From assembly GCA_038087875.1 (NCBI GenBank), contig CM075993.1, positions 1,924,001 to 1,988,000 on the forward strand: a DNA stretch of 64,000 bases, read 5' to 3'. The position numbers were made by a program, and so were the translations under genes. Origin of the DNA: Malacoraja senta (lineage: Eukaryota). Below the pieces are notes generated by a model. That model did not search any database. It worked only from the letters and a program-made list of their open reading frames with translations, and was not told the DNA's origin. How positions within the stretch are numbered: position 1 is the first letter of the stretch; every line of letters starts with the position of its first letter. Shown piece after piece: positions 23,870 through 34,938 of this stretch.

Positions 23870-25199
23870 GAATGGTGGAACACACTCGATGGGCCGAATG
23901 GCCTAATTCCGCTCCTGTGTTTTATGGTCTTATGAGGCTGAGGCAGCCTCTGAGGTTTTTATGTCGGAAGGAACTGCAGATGCTGGTTTAAACCGAAGAC
24001 AAGACACAAAATGCTGGAGTAACTCAACAGGACAGGCAGCATCTCTGGAGAGAAGGAATGGATGACGTTTCGGGTCGAGATGAAGTAGGGTCTCGACCTG
24101 AAACGTCGCCCATTCCTTCTATCCAGAGATGCCGCCTGTCCCGCTGAGTTACTCCAGCATTTTGTGTCTGCCCCATCTACACTAGTCCCACTTGCCCGCG
24201 TTTGACCCATATCCCTCCAAACTTGTCCTATCCATGTATTTGTCTAACTGTTTCTTAAATGTTGGGATAATCACAGCTTCAACTACCTCCCTGGCATTTC
24301 AGGTCGAGGCCCTTTTGCATCTGAAGAAGGGTCTCGACCTGAAACGTCACCTATCCCTTCTACCCAGAGATGCTGCCTGTCCCGCTGAGTTACTCCAGCT
24401 TTTTGTGTCTTGTCTTCGGTGTAAACCAGCATCTGCAGTTCCTTCCTACACAAAACTAAGTCAATGATGTTAAAGTATTTTCTTTCATCACGACGTTTTA
24501 TTATTGCTGGGGGTTTATTCCCCCCAGCTTCACGTCTTCATGCCCCCCTCCTCCCCACCCCATAAGATTCAACCTTGCCCATCCAATGCTGTCTCATGAG
24601 TCCAATCCGTGAAATAGCTTTCTTCAATTTTCCTTGAAACCACTTTGTGCCGAAATGGGGCACTTTGCGGCTGAGCAACGCACTGTGCAACATCCGTGCC
24701 AATAAACTGGGCCATTAGATACGAACGGATCATTACAACCAAGTTAGGCTTGAATGTCTCCTTTCCTTTCAATGCAATTCCATTCTCGTAAATTAGTTTT
24801 GAAAGCTGAATTTGTTATGGTATTATCAATAACAAAAACCATAACAAGCTATTATCATTTTACAACAGGTAGGGACAACACAGATTTGTGAAAGGTAAGT
24901 CGTATTAAATGGTTTTTTTCTGGCTGGGACCCATCAGGAAGATACAAGAAACTTGATGCTCTGTTGAATAAGTGTTTGATAAGGTGTCAGATTCGCTGTC
25001 TTACAGCGCCAGAGATCAGGGTGCGATCCTGACCACGTGTGTTGTCTCAACCCAGACACACCCATAGTTAGGATTGAACCCGGGTCTCTGGCACTGCAAG
25101 GCAGCAACTCTACCGCTGTGCCACCATGCCGTACTTGGCGTGTCAAGAATCAAGAGCGTTTTATTGGCATATGTCCCGGATGGGACAATGAAATTCTTA

Positions 25200-25712
25200 A
25201 GGGCCTGTCCCACGGGCATGCGATTCCATGCGTCGAGCGCGACCTTACCGGAAGCGGGGGGTGAGCGGACGTCCAGTTCGAGCAAAGTCGGTTGGAAGCT
25301 CGAGCGGTTTTTATGTAGGTGAACACGGGTAGGTGATATTTCGGGTCGAGACCCTTCCTCAGACCATAGAAGACTGCAGAAGACTTCAGTCCAAAGAAGG
25401 TGTCTCGACCCGAAACACCACTTGTCCACAGAAGCTGCCTGATCTACTGAGTTAATTACTCCAGCATTTTTGGTGTGTCCATCTTCGGTGTAAATGGGCA
25501 TCTGCAGTTCCTTCCTTCACAACAATTCCAGAGTTGACGGAGACGGTGCGCGCAGCCTCGATGCCGCCGCGGGGCGGCAGGCTGTTGCCGCGCGGAATTT
25601 TTGAACAGTGTCGTTTTTTCTGAGCCCCACGTGGTGTCGGGACCAACTACATACGGCTCCGGCGATCTACGTGGGACAGTCCCCGCGCGACCCCCGCTTC
25701 CTGTCAGGCCCT
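25200..25712. mobile_element. PIF/Harbinger-type MITE (family D) containing a Neptune palindrome (about 25320-25520)
   Basis: AGGGCCTGTCCCAC...CAGGCCCT termini and TTA TSD (25197-25199, 25713-25715). Splits a Rex1-type tail GAAATTCTTA/GTTGCTGCA. Confidence 0.75.
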
Positions 25713-26679
25713 TTAGTTGCTGCATCACAACAGAATATGTGAATATGTAAACATTGTATATCACGGGGGAAGAGAAAAAAATGTTCAATAAATAATAAAT
25801 ATAGTGCCATAATAATGTAGTCTTTTGCAGTTCAGAGCTCCGAGCTTATTCATTGTTGTGTCGAATAGCCTGATGGCTGCAGGAAATAAGTGTTTAATAG
25901 ACTGATGGCTGTAGGGAAATCTTGCCACTTTATAGGTAAGAATTTCATGAACTTGCCACATCCAACAAGTGATGAACAGACCAGAAATGGATGAAGAAGC
26001 AGAAGCATAATTGACAAAAGCAATTACATTAGACCACTGAAGGCAAAGATTCAAAAGATTAATCTCACGGCTGGCCTTTAAGAAAGAACTTGAAGGAAGA
26101 AAGGAAGGCAGAGAGGTGGAAGGAATTAGGGAGGGGAATTCCAGAGGTCCCTGGTCTCTGAAATCATGGCCACCCGTGATGGACAATTACTTTTGGGGAA
26201 GAACCAGAATCTGGAATTGAAGGAGCGAAAATACGGGTAAAGATTTTTGAAAGAAAATCAGAATCTTACCAACCATAGGGTGAAAAGCTTTAGTTGCTTG
26301 CTTCCGCCCTACAAATATGAACATTCAATTTGGTAAAAAAAGAGTTTTCGGAATCATTTTCAGGGAGGTTTTTGATTTGATGTCAGGTTAACATTTTTAA
26401 CATCGGGTTGACATAATTTCATGTACGTTATGTATTTTGTGTTTTTATGAGTGTTGGTGGCTCAATTTCCTTCCTGGGATAAATAAAATTCTATCGTATC
26501 CTTTCGTATCATACTAGGCAACAACGACATTCCATAAAAGCAGCGTTGGAAGATTTTCAGTCTGTTTTTTTTCTGGGAAGGTCAATGGAGCAAGTAGCAG
26601 CAGTTAATGAATGAGTTTAGGCTGATAACCGATTCCAAATCAACATTCAGAATTCTAAATTTTGGGTACAGTAAATTGC

Positions 26680-26980
26680 AGGTATCGAACCCGCCGTTCG
26701 GAAGCTGCGGTCACGTGACTCGGGAGGGGCTGCTTGTTTTCGCGCGGTTTTGCTTTTGCGCGGCAGTTCAGCGCTGACCACTGATGTGGCCAGACGTGTC
26801 TAGAGAACCTGTGTACTGAAAACCTGAACTTTCGAATAAAGATCAGTTTAAAACTACAGTTGTCGTTCTTGAGACCGCCCAAAAAAATGACAGTAAATCA
26901 CATGTGGGTGATGTCCGACGTCTATCGACAAATTGTAAAGAACAAAAGCAAATCTGACGCGGAAGTTGATGACGGAAGGG
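26680..26980. promoter_or_regulatory. Candidate CpG-rich promoter-like element
   Basis: Non-repeat CpG-rich patch with GGTCACGTGAC E-box and three CGGAAG ETS-type motifs. Truncated by the gap. Confidence 0.35.
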
Positions 26981-27180
26981 NNNNNNNNNNNNNNNNNNNN
27001 NNNNNNNNNNNNNNNNNNNNNNNNNNNNNNNNNNNNNNNNNNNNNNNNNNNNNNNNNNNNNNNNNNNNNNNNNNNNNNNNNNNNNNNNNNNNNNNNNNNN
27101 NNNNNNNNNNNNNNNNNNNNNNNNNNNNNNNNNNNNNNNNNNNNNNNNNNNNNNNNNNNNNNNNNNNNNNNNNNNNNNNN
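26981..27180. other. Assembly gap (200 N)
   Basis: Run of N. Confidence 1.
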
Positions 27181-27276
27181 GGCCCTTCGGCCCACCTTGC
27201 CCACACCGACCAACGTGCCCCATCTACACTAGTCCCACCTACCTGCGTTTGGCCCATATCCCTGTAAACCTGTCTA

Positions 27277-27597
27277 GTGACGCAGTTGTCGAATTTCTGC
27301 CTTACAGCGCTTTCAGCGCCACAGACGTGGGTTCCATCCAGACTACGGGTGCTGTCTGTACGGAGTTTGCACGTTCTCCCCGTGACCTGCGTGGGTTTGC
27401 TCTGATATCTTTGGTTTCCTCCCACACCACAAAGATGTACAGGTTTGTAGGTTAATTGGCTTGGTGTAAGTGTAAATTGTCCCTAGTGTGTGTAGGTTTG
27501 TGTTAGTGTGCGGGGATCGTTGGTCGGTGCCGACCCAATGGGCCAAAGGGCCTGTTTCCGCTCTGTATCTCGACAATAAACTAAACTAAACTAAACT
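27277..27597 (+). mobile_element. HE1/V-SINE-type SINE
   Basis: Core and (AAACT)n tail. Confidence 0.85.
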
Positions 27598-28065
27598 ATC
27601 CATGTACCTCAGATAGACACAAAAAGCTGGATTCACTACAACATTTTGTGTCTATCTTCGGTTTAAACCAGCATCTGCAGTTCCTTCCCACACCTTCCAT
27701 GTACCTGTCTAATTGTTTCGAGATTTTCAAGAACAAGCTGCAATTCATGACAGGCATCTTCGCTATCAGCAATACCGCCCACTTTTGTATCAAAGTCACA
27801 AAATCAATGTTCAGAGAAGTAAGTGCAACTCCTGGAAGGTTTGCTTTTCGAAGGCGCGCTTGCTCTTCATCTTCTTGCGTGTGTGGCGTGCACAGCCGAA
27901 AGTTGTAGGACAGCTTGTTCTATTTGATCTTATTTGGTCGTGCACGCCGGGTTGATTGCATTCGTCGAAACAGGGCGGGCCACGTGAAGGTTGCAATCTC
28001 CCCACCCCGCGCTTTCTCTTTAGTGACTCCCCTGAGATTCAGCCGTACAAGTTCCTAGTGACAAC

Positions 28066-28092
28066 CAAAGATCCCCCGCTAAAGGATCTTTG
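28066..28092. mobile_element. 27-bp transposon relic (fused CAAAG termini), putative excision footprint
   Basis: CAAAGATCCC-CCGCTAAAGGATCTTTG flanked by perfect 8-bp direct repeat GTGACAAC (28058-28065, 28093-28100). Ends match the TIR of 58506-58898. Confidence 0.8.
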
Positions 28093-28354
28093 GTGACAAC
28101 TGCCTTGGTGAAGACCTCTGTGGTCAGAAATGCTCATTTGTATTACGCCCCCTGAAGATCAATGACTCTAACGCTCTGAGTCGACAATAAGTGGATTCAT
28201 TCACGAATATCCTTATTGTTGTTGTTATTAATCTAGTACATTGTGCAAACAGCGTCATTTGAAAAATTGATTTATTGAAGCTTGCGGTATGGTTGTTGCC
28301 AGTCGGGATTTCCGTGGCGTCCAAACCGAATCCCCATTTTCATGTTAAGTGTAA

Positions 28355-28603
28355 AGGGCCTGTCCCACTTTCACCACCTAATTCACGACCTTTTCCACTC
28401 GTGGACATTTTTCATCAGGCTAGAAAAAACGCCCCGACCTACTTGATGCCACGAGTACCTACGACTAGCATCACGGCCTGCTACGACCTACCTACGACCT
28501 ATCTACGACCTCCTACGACCTCGTGACGGCCATGCTGCGAGTACGAGTCAAGGGCAAACTCGGCAGAGGTCGTGAATTAGGTGGTGAAAGTGGGACAGGG
28601 CCT
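28355..28603. mobile_element. PIF/Harbinger-type MITE (family C)
   Basis: About 37-bp TIR with one mismatch, TAA TSD (28352-28354, 28604-28606), interior matches 6321-6546. Confidence 0.9.
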
Positions 28604-28688
28604 TAACTTTGTCCAATGAATCGCGGGTCAAGTGACTGTTCCAGTCCTGGATGTCGAGGGTTCGACCAGTGAGTGGATTGTCCATTGT

Positions 28689-28702
28689 CCACCAGGCGGC
28701 GC
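28689..28702 (+). promoter_or_regulatory. CTCF-like motif
   Basis: CCACCAGGCGGCGC, one mismatch to the CCACCAGGGGGCGC core, in non-repeat sequence. Confidence 0.35.
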
Positions 28703-29433
28703 CACCGTGAATACATTTCTGTTTAATCTTCTTGGATCCTTGTCCTCTGAAGTTCCAGAATGTTGTGACACATCTCGATGGTCATAAGATCATAATATCT
28801 TAGTATAAATCTTCCGTGTCGTGAGATACTTGCTGTAGAGAATGAAACTTAGATGATGAATATCCCCAGTGTGCAAATGTCATAAGGTCATAAGTGATAG
28901 GAGCAGAATTAGGCCATTCGGCCCATCAAGTCTACTCCGCCATTCAATCATGGCTGATCTATCTCTCCCTCTTAACCCCATTCTCCTGCCTTCTCCCCAT
29001 AGCTGCCCAAGAGAAATATGAGGTGCAGTTCCTCCTGTATAGCTGCTATCAAGATCACCACATACACACCACTGCCTGCACTTTATAAAGCCCACTATTG
29101 TAATGGAGATCCCTGCAATATAGCTGTGTACCTCCTCCTTCCCACCACACTGTTCACACACACAAAGCCCACCCCCACCCCCACCCCACCATATTCCTGC
29201 CAGCTTCCCCAGCCTGCAAAGGTTGACTTCTCAGTACAACCATTTTTCTTGCATTTTTCAATTCTTGAATGTGTTGACGCCACTTTATTTCCCATTAGTC
29301 AAGATATTTTATTAAAATGCAGCACGTTAGATGTGAATCCAACATCAACATGGCCTTCAAAATCTTACCTTTATCTTTCTAAATATACACTGTGTTAGTG
29401 TTCCCTCTATCTGGATGAGAGGTGCAAGTGCAT

Positions 29434-29441
29434 TGTGTGTG

Positions 29442-29519
<78 letters not shown>

Positions 29520-29807
29520 CATGTGTGTGTGTGTGTTTGTGAGTATGCATGTGTGTGTGTGTTTGTGAGTGTGCATGTGTGTGTGAGCGTGTGCATGTGT
29601 GTGTGTGCATGTGCGTGTGTGTTTGTGAGTGTGCGTGCATGTGTTTGTGTGTGTGCATGTGTGTGTGTGTTTGTGAGTGTGTGAGTGTGTGTGCATGTGT
29701 GACTGTGTATGTGAGGGTGTGCGTATGTGTTTTTGTGCATGTGTGCGCATGTGTGCATGTGTGAGTGTGAGTGTATATGTGAGTGTGTTTGGGTGTGTGC
29801 GTGTGTT
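29434..29807. repeat. (TG)n microsatellite, degenerate towards the right
   Basis: Direct inspection. Confidence 0.97.
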
Positions 29808-29957
29808 TATATATTCCAGTATTGTCCACATTTGCATATTATTTGTGTGTATTATTCATATTTACTATTTTTGTGAACGTGCGTATTAACTCAGCATTTA
29901 TTTTCTGCATGCATGTATGTATGTATCATCCTTTGGATATATTTGGAATCTGTATCA

Positions 29958-30192
29958 TTGTGAATCTGTGGAATTCTCTGCCACAGAAGGCAGTGGAGGC
30001 CAATTCACTGGATGTTTTCAAGAGAGAATTAGATTCAGCTCTTAGGGCTAACGGAATCAAGGGATATGGGGAGAAAGCAGGAATGGGGGACTGATTATGG
30101 ATGATCAGCCATGATCATGTTGAATGGCGGTGCTGGCTCGATGGGCCGAATGGCCTACTCCTGCACCTATTTTCTATGCTTCTATGTTTCTA
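29958..30192 (+). mobile_element. CR1 3' end
   Basis: VNLWNSLPQKAVEA..GYGEKAG and a TTTCTATG tail. Confidence 0.82.
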
Positions 30193-30504
30193 TAGCTCTC
30201 GTGAGGCGATACCAATGAGCCACTGGATCTTTTGTCTTCTAACGCCTGGGGTGATGACAGAATGTAACGGGAGTGTGTTTTAGCGAGGAAGTGTAGCACT
30301 CACAAGAAATGTGTCGCAGAAACAAGACTACTGATTTATTGTCAGCAGTTCTAATGTTGCGATGCTCGGTGTGAGATGGAGATAACACTGTATATAAAAT
30401 AGAGGAATTAGCAACTAAATGTGATGGTAACAGTGTTACAGAGAGCAGAAGGTCTAACCTTAAAGGTGGCATGTGTTAAATACGGGGCTTGATGTCAAAA
30501 CCTC

Positions 30505-30750
30505 CGGGCGACACGGTGGCGCAGCGGTAGAGTTGCTGCCTTACAGCGCCAGGGACCCGGGTTCGATCCTGACCACGAGTGCTGAATGTACGGAGTTGGT
30601 ACGTTGGTGCGTTCTCCCCGTGACCTGCGTGGGTTTTCTCAGAGGTTTTCGGTTTCGTCCCACACTATAAAGACGTATTGGTTAATTGGCTCGGTGTAAC
30701 ATGTAGATTGTTGCCAGTGTGTGTGGGATAGTGTTGGTGTGTGGGGATCA
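30505..30750 (+). mobile_element. HE1/V-SINE-type SINE (3' truncated, followed by ATGA/ATAA simple repeat)
   Basis: A-box, B-box and core. Confidence 0.85.
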
Positions 30751-30904
30751 ATGAATGAATGAATCGATCGATCGATCAATCAATAAATCAATAAATAAAT
30801 AAATCAATAAATGAATGAATAAATAAATAGATGGATAAATATATATATATATATGTCTCAACAGAATTAGAAACTCATCATCCTGAAAATGTTTCCCTCT
30901 CGAC

Positions 30905-31245
30905 AGATGCTGCCTGACCCGCTGAGTTACTCCAGCACTCTGTGAAACGTCACCTATCCATGTTCTCCACAGATGCTGCCTGACCCGCTGAGTTACTCCA
31001 GCACCTCTGTGAAACGTCACCTATCCATGTTCCGGCAGCATCTATGGAGCGAAGGAAATAGGCAACGTTTTGGGCCGAAACCCGGAAGGGTTTCGGCCCG
31101 AAACGTTGCCTATTTCCTTCAGGGTTTCGGCCCGAAAGGTTGCCCATTTCCTTCGCTCCACAGATGCTGCCTGACCCGCTGAGTTACTCCAGCACTCTGT
31201 GTCTACCTTCGGTTTAAACCACCACCTGCAGTTCTTTCCTACACA
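30905..31245. mobile_element. Composite palindromic Neptune-terminus repeat
   Basis: Reverse complement of the 18.2-18.5 kb composite with the same internal junctions. Confidence 0.72.
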
Positions 31246-31292
31246 GTGTCTGGCTTACAGCAGGTATACTGGTCAACCTGAGAATTGCATGC

Positions 31293-31825
31293 ATAGATAC
31301 ATAGATACATAGACAATAGGTGCAGGAGTAGGCCATTCGGCCCTTCGAGCCTGCACCGCCATTCAATATGATCATGGCTGATCATCCAACTCAGTATCCT
31401 GTACCTGCCTTCTCTCCATACCCCCTGATCCCTTTAGCCACAAGGGCCACATCTAACTCTCTCTTAAATATAGCCAATGAACTGGCCTCAACTACCCTCT
31501 GTGGCAGAGAGTTCCAGAGATTTACCACTCTCTGTGTGAAAAAGTTTTTTCTCATCTCGGTCTTAAAGGATTTCCCCCTTATCCTTAAGCTGTGACCCCT
31601 TGTCCTGGACTTCCCCAACATCGGGAACAATCTTCCTGCATCTAGCCTGTCCAACCCATAAGAATTTTGTACGTTTCTATAAGATCCCCTCTCAATCTCC
31701 TAAATTCTAGCGAGTATAAGCCAAGTCTATCCAGTCTTTCTTCATATGAAAGTCCTGACATCCCAGGAATCAGTCTGGTGAACCTTCTCTGCACTCCCTC
31801 TATGGCTATAATGTCCTTCCTCAGA
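31293..31825 (-). mobile_element. CR1 3' fragment, same young subfamily as 8235-9434
   Basis: Near-identical LRKDIIAIEGVQRRFTRLIPGMSG..GYGEKAGTGY with one frameshift. Confidence 0.9.
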
Positions 31826-31868
31826 TCAGCCACCACAGTCCCCCTATTGACCACTAGTGTCACTGCTG

Positions 31869-32015
<147 letters not shown>

Positions 32016-32351
32016 TAGTCTTGAACCAAATTTAGCAAAACAAAGTCATCATAATTTTATTTCCCTTTTTCAATGAAATATTCATGAGTTTGAACTGTTA
32101 TCCAGTCTGTTCAAAATTACTTGTCTGCATGACTTCTTACGAATACTTGTTGTTAACAATGGCAATTAAATGAAGATGAATATTCAAATGACCGTGTTCA
32201 ATTAGCAGACCTGACCTTGAGGTTCCAGTTACTTGCTTCGGCATTTTGATTGCCTCCTTCATTCTGTCTCCAGGGGCCTCAGCACTAACATTTAGCAAGA
32301 CACTCCAGTGTCGCACTGAGGTGGTGATTCCTCCACATCGCCAGAGACCCC

Positions 32352-33140
32352 GTTTACAAGAATGATCCCAGGAATGAGTAGGTTAATAACTCGGCCTGTA
32401 GGGGCCGAATGGCCTACTCCTGCACCTATGTTTCTATGTTTCTATGTTTCTATATGATGAGCGTTTGTCGGCACTGGGCCTGTACTCGCTGGAGTTCAGA
32501 AGGATGAGTGGGGGGGGCCTCATTGAAAGGTACAGAATAGTGAAAGGCTTGGATGGAGTGGGTGTGGAGAGGATGTTTCCACTAGAGGGAGAGCCTAGGA
32601 CTAGAGGTCACAGCCTCAGAATTAGACAATAGACAATAGACAACAAGTGCAGGAGTAGGCCATTCGGCCCTTCGAGCCAGCACCGCCATTCAATGTGATC
32701 ATGGCTGATCATCTCCAATCAGTACCCCGTTCCTGCCTTCTCCCCATATCCCCTGACTCCGCTATCTTTAAGAGCCCTATCTAGCTCTCTCTTGAAAGCA
32801 TCCAGAGAACCTGCCTCCACCGCCCTCTGAGGCAGAGAATTCCAGGTTAAATTAAAGAACGTTCTTTTAGGAAGGAGATGAGTCTGAAGAAGGGTCTCCA
32901 CCCTTTATTCAGAGGTTGGTGAATCTGTGGAATTCTCTGCCACAGAAGGCAGTGGAGGCCAATTTGCCGGATGTTTTCAAGAGAGAGTTAGATTTAACTC
33001 TTAGGGCTAACGGAATTAAGGGATATGGGGAGAAAGCAGGAACTGGGTACTGATTTTTGGATGATCAGCCATGATCATATTGAATGGCGGTGCTGGCTTG
33101 AAGGGCCGAATGGCCTACTCCTGCACCTATTTTCTATGTT
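32352..33140. mobile_element. Cluster of nested CR1 fragments
   Basis: Plus-strand YDERLSALGLYSLEFRRM..RGHSLRI interrupted by a minus-strand GACAATA-tailed end at about 32624-32845. Confidence 0.8.
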
Positions 33141-33926
33141 TCAGTATACAGGTGATTGTTGGTAGGCATGGACTCGATGGGCTGAAGGGCCTGTTTGCAC
33201 CCAACATTGCTATCATCCAGCCAAGGCCAACATCTTGAATATTATGAATGCATTTCAGACCTTAAATAACAATGTAATGGCTCACACTTCTGTTAACCAG
33301 ATTTGAGGTGCATTTTGGATAGAATCCAACCCTATTAGTTGTCTTGGCTGAATTCGATTTTTAAATTATTTTGTAGCTGAAACAATGTTTATCTTTAGGC
33401 TTTATTTTGATTTTCTTTTATTGATTTGAGTTTTCAAAATTGCAAAAAAGAGGGGATGTGGGATGGAATATTTATCAATAATGTGCCGTTAAATGCTTTA
33501 TCTAATCACCTGTCAAATGTAAAATGAATTGCTGCATAAATCAATAGTATTCATCTTATCTGTGCAGGAAGGAACTGCAGATGCTGGTTTAAGCTGAAGA
33601 TAGACACACAATGCCAGAGTAACTCAGCAGGACAGGCAGCGTCTCTGGAGAGAAGGAATGGGTGACGTTTCGGGTCGAGACCCTTCTTCAGACCAAAGAT
33701 TATAGAGCAGAGCAAGATGCGCAACTCTGCGAAAAAAGCGTAGTATGACATGGGTGATTGTTGACGCCATTTTACTGGACTGCAATTTACAATAATAATA
33801 ATAATAATATTTACAATAATATTAACTAAATATGTGAAGTGATAGATGCTATATAAAGCACTGTTCCCCACAACACGGATTACACCATGGATGATAGAAC
33901 GGATCAATCTTTGGAACGGATTACAC

Positions 33927-34558
33927 CAAGTCAAGTCAAGTCAAGTCTAGTGAGTTTATTGTCATGTGTCTCTGGTAGGACAATGAAATTCTTGCTTTGC
34001 TTCAGCACAACAGAACATAGTAGGCATTTACTACAAGACATTCTATAAATATATACACAATGGTCAATATACTGATAAAATGCAAATAACAGTATTGGCC
34101 AGTAAAGTTCAGTGTTATGTCCGAGCCAGGTTTAATAGCCTGATGGCTGTGGGGAAGTAGATATTCCTGAACCTGGTCGTTGCAGTCTTCAGGCTCCTGT
34201 ACCTTCTACCTGAAGGTAGTAGGGAGATGAGTGTGTGGCCAGGATGGTGTGGGTCCTTGATGATGCTGCCAGCCTTTTTGAGGCAGCGTCTGTGGTAGAT
34301 CCCCTCGATGGAAGGGAGGTCAGAGACGATGATGGACTGGGCAGTGTTTACTACTTTTTGTAGTCTTTTCCTCTCCAGGGCACTCAAGTTGCTGAACCAA
34401 GCCATGATGCAACCGGTCAGCATGCTCTCTACTGTGCACCTGTAGAAGTTAGAGAGAGTCCTCCTTGACAAACCGACTCTCTGTAATCTTCTCAGGAAGT
34501 AGAGGCGCTGATGTGCTTTCTTAATAATGGCATCATTGTTCTCGGACCAGCAAAGATC
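33927..34558 (-). mobile_element. Rex1/Babar LINE 3' fragment
   Basis: RTLSNFYRCTVESMLTGCIMAWF..DPHHPGHTLISLLPSGRRYRSLK..FPTAIRLLN and a (CTTGA)n tail. Confidence 0.88.
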
Positions 34559-34732
34559 TAGATACTAGATACTAGAGGAACATTTCCCGCTGACTCGGGA
34601 GCGCTGACGCTTGAGGCTCTGCCGCCAGACAGAGAGCCTGGTGCCGGCCGGCCGGCCGCCTTCATCTGGTATCGGGGAGACCGAGAATCAGTCCTGGATC
34701 AACTCAGGAGTGGAGGAAATGTCCTCTTCCCC

Positions 34733-34764
34733 CAAAGATACTAGAGGAGCCTCCAGTATCTTTG
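34733..34764. mobile_element. 32-bp transposon relic (fused CAAAG termini), putative excision footprint
   Basis: CAAAGATACTAGAGGAG + CCTCCAGTATCTTTG flanked by CTCTTCCC (34724-34731 plus one extra C, and 34765-34772). Confidence 0.78.
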
Positions 34765-34938
34765 CTCTTCCCTGCGACCTGATGTAAGCGCAGATTGTAT
34801 AACTGTGGAGTCCGTCCCCGCTACCAAAGATGTCGCGTTTTGCATTTAAAAATGGCGGCCGTGACGTTCCGTTACGTACTACACGTCACTCCATTGGATT
34901 TCGGAGGAGTGGTCTATCTTGCTCCTCTAGTATCTTTG

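Larger units (their letters stand above)
33694..34938. mobile_element. Non-autonomous CAAAG-terminated DNA transposon (P-like or hAT), carrying nested insertions
   Basis: Left end CAAAGATTATAGAGCAGAGCAAGAT, right end ATCTTGCTCCTCTAGTATCTTTG. Perfect 8-bp TSD CTTCAGAC (33686-33693, 34939-34946) splits a Neptune repeat that continues on both sides. Confidence 0.82.

Noticed and set aside
34551..34580. CAAAGATCTAGATACTAGATACTAGAGG as an additional transposon left end
   Set aside because: Overlaps the 5' truncation junction of the Rex1 fragment and has no identifiable TSD, so it is ambiguous.
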